From positions 1 to 64,000 of the forward strand of contig JBBQUR010000007.1 in NCBI GenBank assembly GCA_038212275.1: DNA of 64,000 nt, read 5' to 3'. The DNA is from Planctomycetota bacterium (GTDB lineage Bacteria; Planctomycetota; B15-G4). The notes below the pieces were generated by a model. The model worked only from the letters and a program-made list of their open reading frames with translations, had not been told where the DNA came from and did not search any database. The position numbers were made by a program, and so were the translations under genes. This document shows, piece after piece, positions 62,283 through 64,000 of this stretch. Numbering within the stretch: position 1 is the first letter of the stretch; each line of letters starts with the position of its first letter.

Positions 62283-63191
62283 TCACGCCAGCATGCGTGG
62301 CGTCCAGCCGAGCAGCATCGTCAGGCGACTGCTGTCGAGCGAGAGATCGGCGGGACGCTCCGCGGCGAGACCTGCCTCCGCGCGCGTCGTCGGGACGATG
62401 GACGACGCGTCGGCGTCGGCGGCCTCCGCTTCGGCAAGGCCCAGCTCGAGGCGGGAGAGCGCGCGAGGCCCGCCGCAGTGCAGCAGGCCCGAAACGTCGC
62501 GGCGTTCGACGAGGTCGGCGAGCGCGCGCGCCACATCGACGACGGCGACCGGCGTGCGGATCTCGTCGGTGAACAGGCGGACCGCGTCGCCGACGGCGAG
62601 CGCCGTGAGCAGTGCGGTGCTCACCGAGCGACCGCCGATGACCTCGCGCCCCGTGATGAGCGCCGGGCGCAGCACCGCGGCGCCCGGGCAGGCCGCAAGC
62701 ACCGCGGCGTCGCCGGCCGCCTTGCTCTCGCCGTAGACGTGCAGCGGCCGCGGCTCGTCGCTCTCGCGCCAGCCGCCGCGCGCTCCGTCGAAGACCTGGT
62801 CCGTGGAGACGTGCACGAGTCGCGCGTCACGCGCGGCGCACCAGCGCGCGATCTCCTCCGGCAGGCCCGCATTCATGCGCATGGCGAGCGCCGGATCCGC
62901 GCGGCACGGCGCGATGTTCGCCAGCGCCGCGACGTGCACCACCGCATCCGGCTGCAGCTCGTCCAGCACGGCCGTGACGGCGCCCGGCGCCGCGAGATCG
63001 GCGACATGGCTCTCCACGCCCCAGTCGCGGCCACGACCGCCCAGCGCCAGCTTTCCGCCCACCACGGAAACGCCCACGCCGCCGACGGCCGAGCGCGCCA
63101 CGCCCAGCAGTTCCGCCTTCCGCTCGTGCCGCAATTCCCGCACGACCGCGCCTCCGAGGAAGCCGGTCCAACCCGTGACGAGGACGCGCAT
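62283..63191 (-). CDS. dTDP-4-dehydrorhamnose reductase-like extended SDR
   Basis: VLVTGWTGFLG, HVSTDQVFDG, YGESK, RPADLSLD. Confidence 0.82.
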   Translation of the reverse strand: MRVLVTGWTGFLGGAVVRELRHERKAELLGVARSAVGGVGVSVVGGKLALGGRGRDWGVESHVADLAAPGAVTAVLDELQPDAVVHVAALANIAPCRADPALAMRMNAGLPEEIARWCAARDARLVHVSTDQVFDGARGGWRESDEPRPLHVYGESKAAGDAAVLAACPGAAVLRPALITGREVIGGRSVSTALLTALAVGDAVRLFTDEIRTPVAVVDVARALADLVERRDVSGLLHCGGPRALSRLELGLAEAEAADADASSIVPTTRAEAGLAAERPADLSLDSSRLTMLLGWTPRMLA

Positions 63192-63320
63192 GCTGGCTGA
63201 TCCGGAGCGATGACCTGCAAGCGTCCCGCATCATCGGGCGACGGGCCGCAGGCGGGGCCGCCCGCTCGCACCGGCCCTCGCGAGCAACATAAGATGCCAG
63301 ATCACGAGGAGCAGTCAGCC

Positions 63321-64000
63321 ATGCAGATCGGCAGCATCCACATCGAGCGCGGCGGGCCGCTGTTCCTGCTGGCGGGGCCGTGCGTCATCGAGAACGACAC
63401 GGGGCCCTTCGCCATCGCGCGCGAGCTGCGCGATCTGTGCGCCTCGCTCGGCATGCCCTTCGTCTTCAAGGCCAGCTTCGACAAGGCCAACCGCACGTCG
63501 GGCAGCTCCTTCCGCGGCCCTGGTCCGACGGAGGGCCTCGCCATCCTGGAAGGAGTGCGCCGGGAGGTCGGCGTCCCGGTGCTCACCGACATTCACGAGC
63601 CCGGCCAGGCAGATCTCTGCGCCGGCCGCGTGGACGTCGTGCAGATCCCCGCGATGCTCTCGCGCCAGACGGACCTGCTGCTCGCCGCGGGCCGCAGCGG
63701 CTGCGCCGTGAACATCAAGAAGGGCCAGGGCATGGCGCCCTGGGACATCGGCTGGTGCATCGACAAGGTGCTGTCCACCGGCAACGAGCGCGTGCTGGTC
63801 ACCGAGCGCGGCGCGAGCTTCGGCTACAACACGCTGGTCAACGACATGCGCGCGCTGCCCGAGATGGCGAAGTTCGGCAAGCCCGTGGTCTTCGACGCCA
63901 CGCACAGCGCGCAGAAGCCCTCCGCGAGCAGCGGCAAGAGCGGCGGCGACCGCGAGCTGGCCAAGATTCTGGCGCGCGCGGCCGTGGCCGCGGGCTGCGA
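63321..64000 (+). CDS. kdsA: KDO-8-phosphate synthase, 3'-truncated by window end (absent from the ORF track)
   Basis: GAGGAG RBS; MQIGSIHIERGGPLFLLAGPCVIE, KASFDKANRTS, TDIHE, RQTDLL, NIKKGQ, ERG.SFGY, FDATHS.Q. Confidence 0.93.
   Translation, partial: MQIGSIHIERGGPLFLLAGPCVIENDTGPFAIARELRDLCASLGMPFVFKASFDKANRTSGSSFRGPGPTEGLAILEGVRREVGVPVLTDIHEPGQADLCAGRVDVVQIPAMLSRQTDLLLAAGRSGCAVNIKKGQGMAPWDIGWCIDKVLSTGNERVLVTERGASFGYNTLVNDMRALPEMAKFGKPVVFDATHSAQKPSASSGKSGGDRELAKILARAAVAAGC

Overview
High-GC diderm bacterial chromosome segment, most plausibly Planctomycetota (inferred from a PVC-type CxxCH protein, a planctomycete-style ECF sigma factor and Ser/Thr kinase, FG-GAP proteins and kdsA). About 40 protein genes; no rRNA, tRNA or CRISPR array seen. 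All calls come from reading motifs by eye, with no database search. Housekeeping and metabolic genes include EF-G2, rlmN, an rlmD-like gene, rluD, valS, kdsA, pccB, methylmalonyl-CoA mutase and epimerase, and prolyl oligopeptidase. Main observations: (1) five secreted proteins with different passenger regions, plus one unannotated gene remnant, share a ~120-aa 'W.DLG...FKGG.LVP...Q.W..D.A...SN' module, a candidate surface-sorting or assembly domain; (2) a selenocysteine formate dehydrogenase (in-frame TGA plus SECIS) whose usual N-terminal [4Fe-4S] domain instead ends a NuoE-NuoF-NuoG-like fusion; (3) a Ser/Thr kinase interrupted by a TAG inside a perfect 18-bp inverted repeat, the signature of a template switch; (4) a BlaI/BlaR1 module with a perfect operator, a non-PBP SDY[ED]-repeat sensor and an internal RBS, ATG and lipobox; (5) an apgM homologue missing several metal ligands and coupled to valS; (6) several probable leaderless genes.
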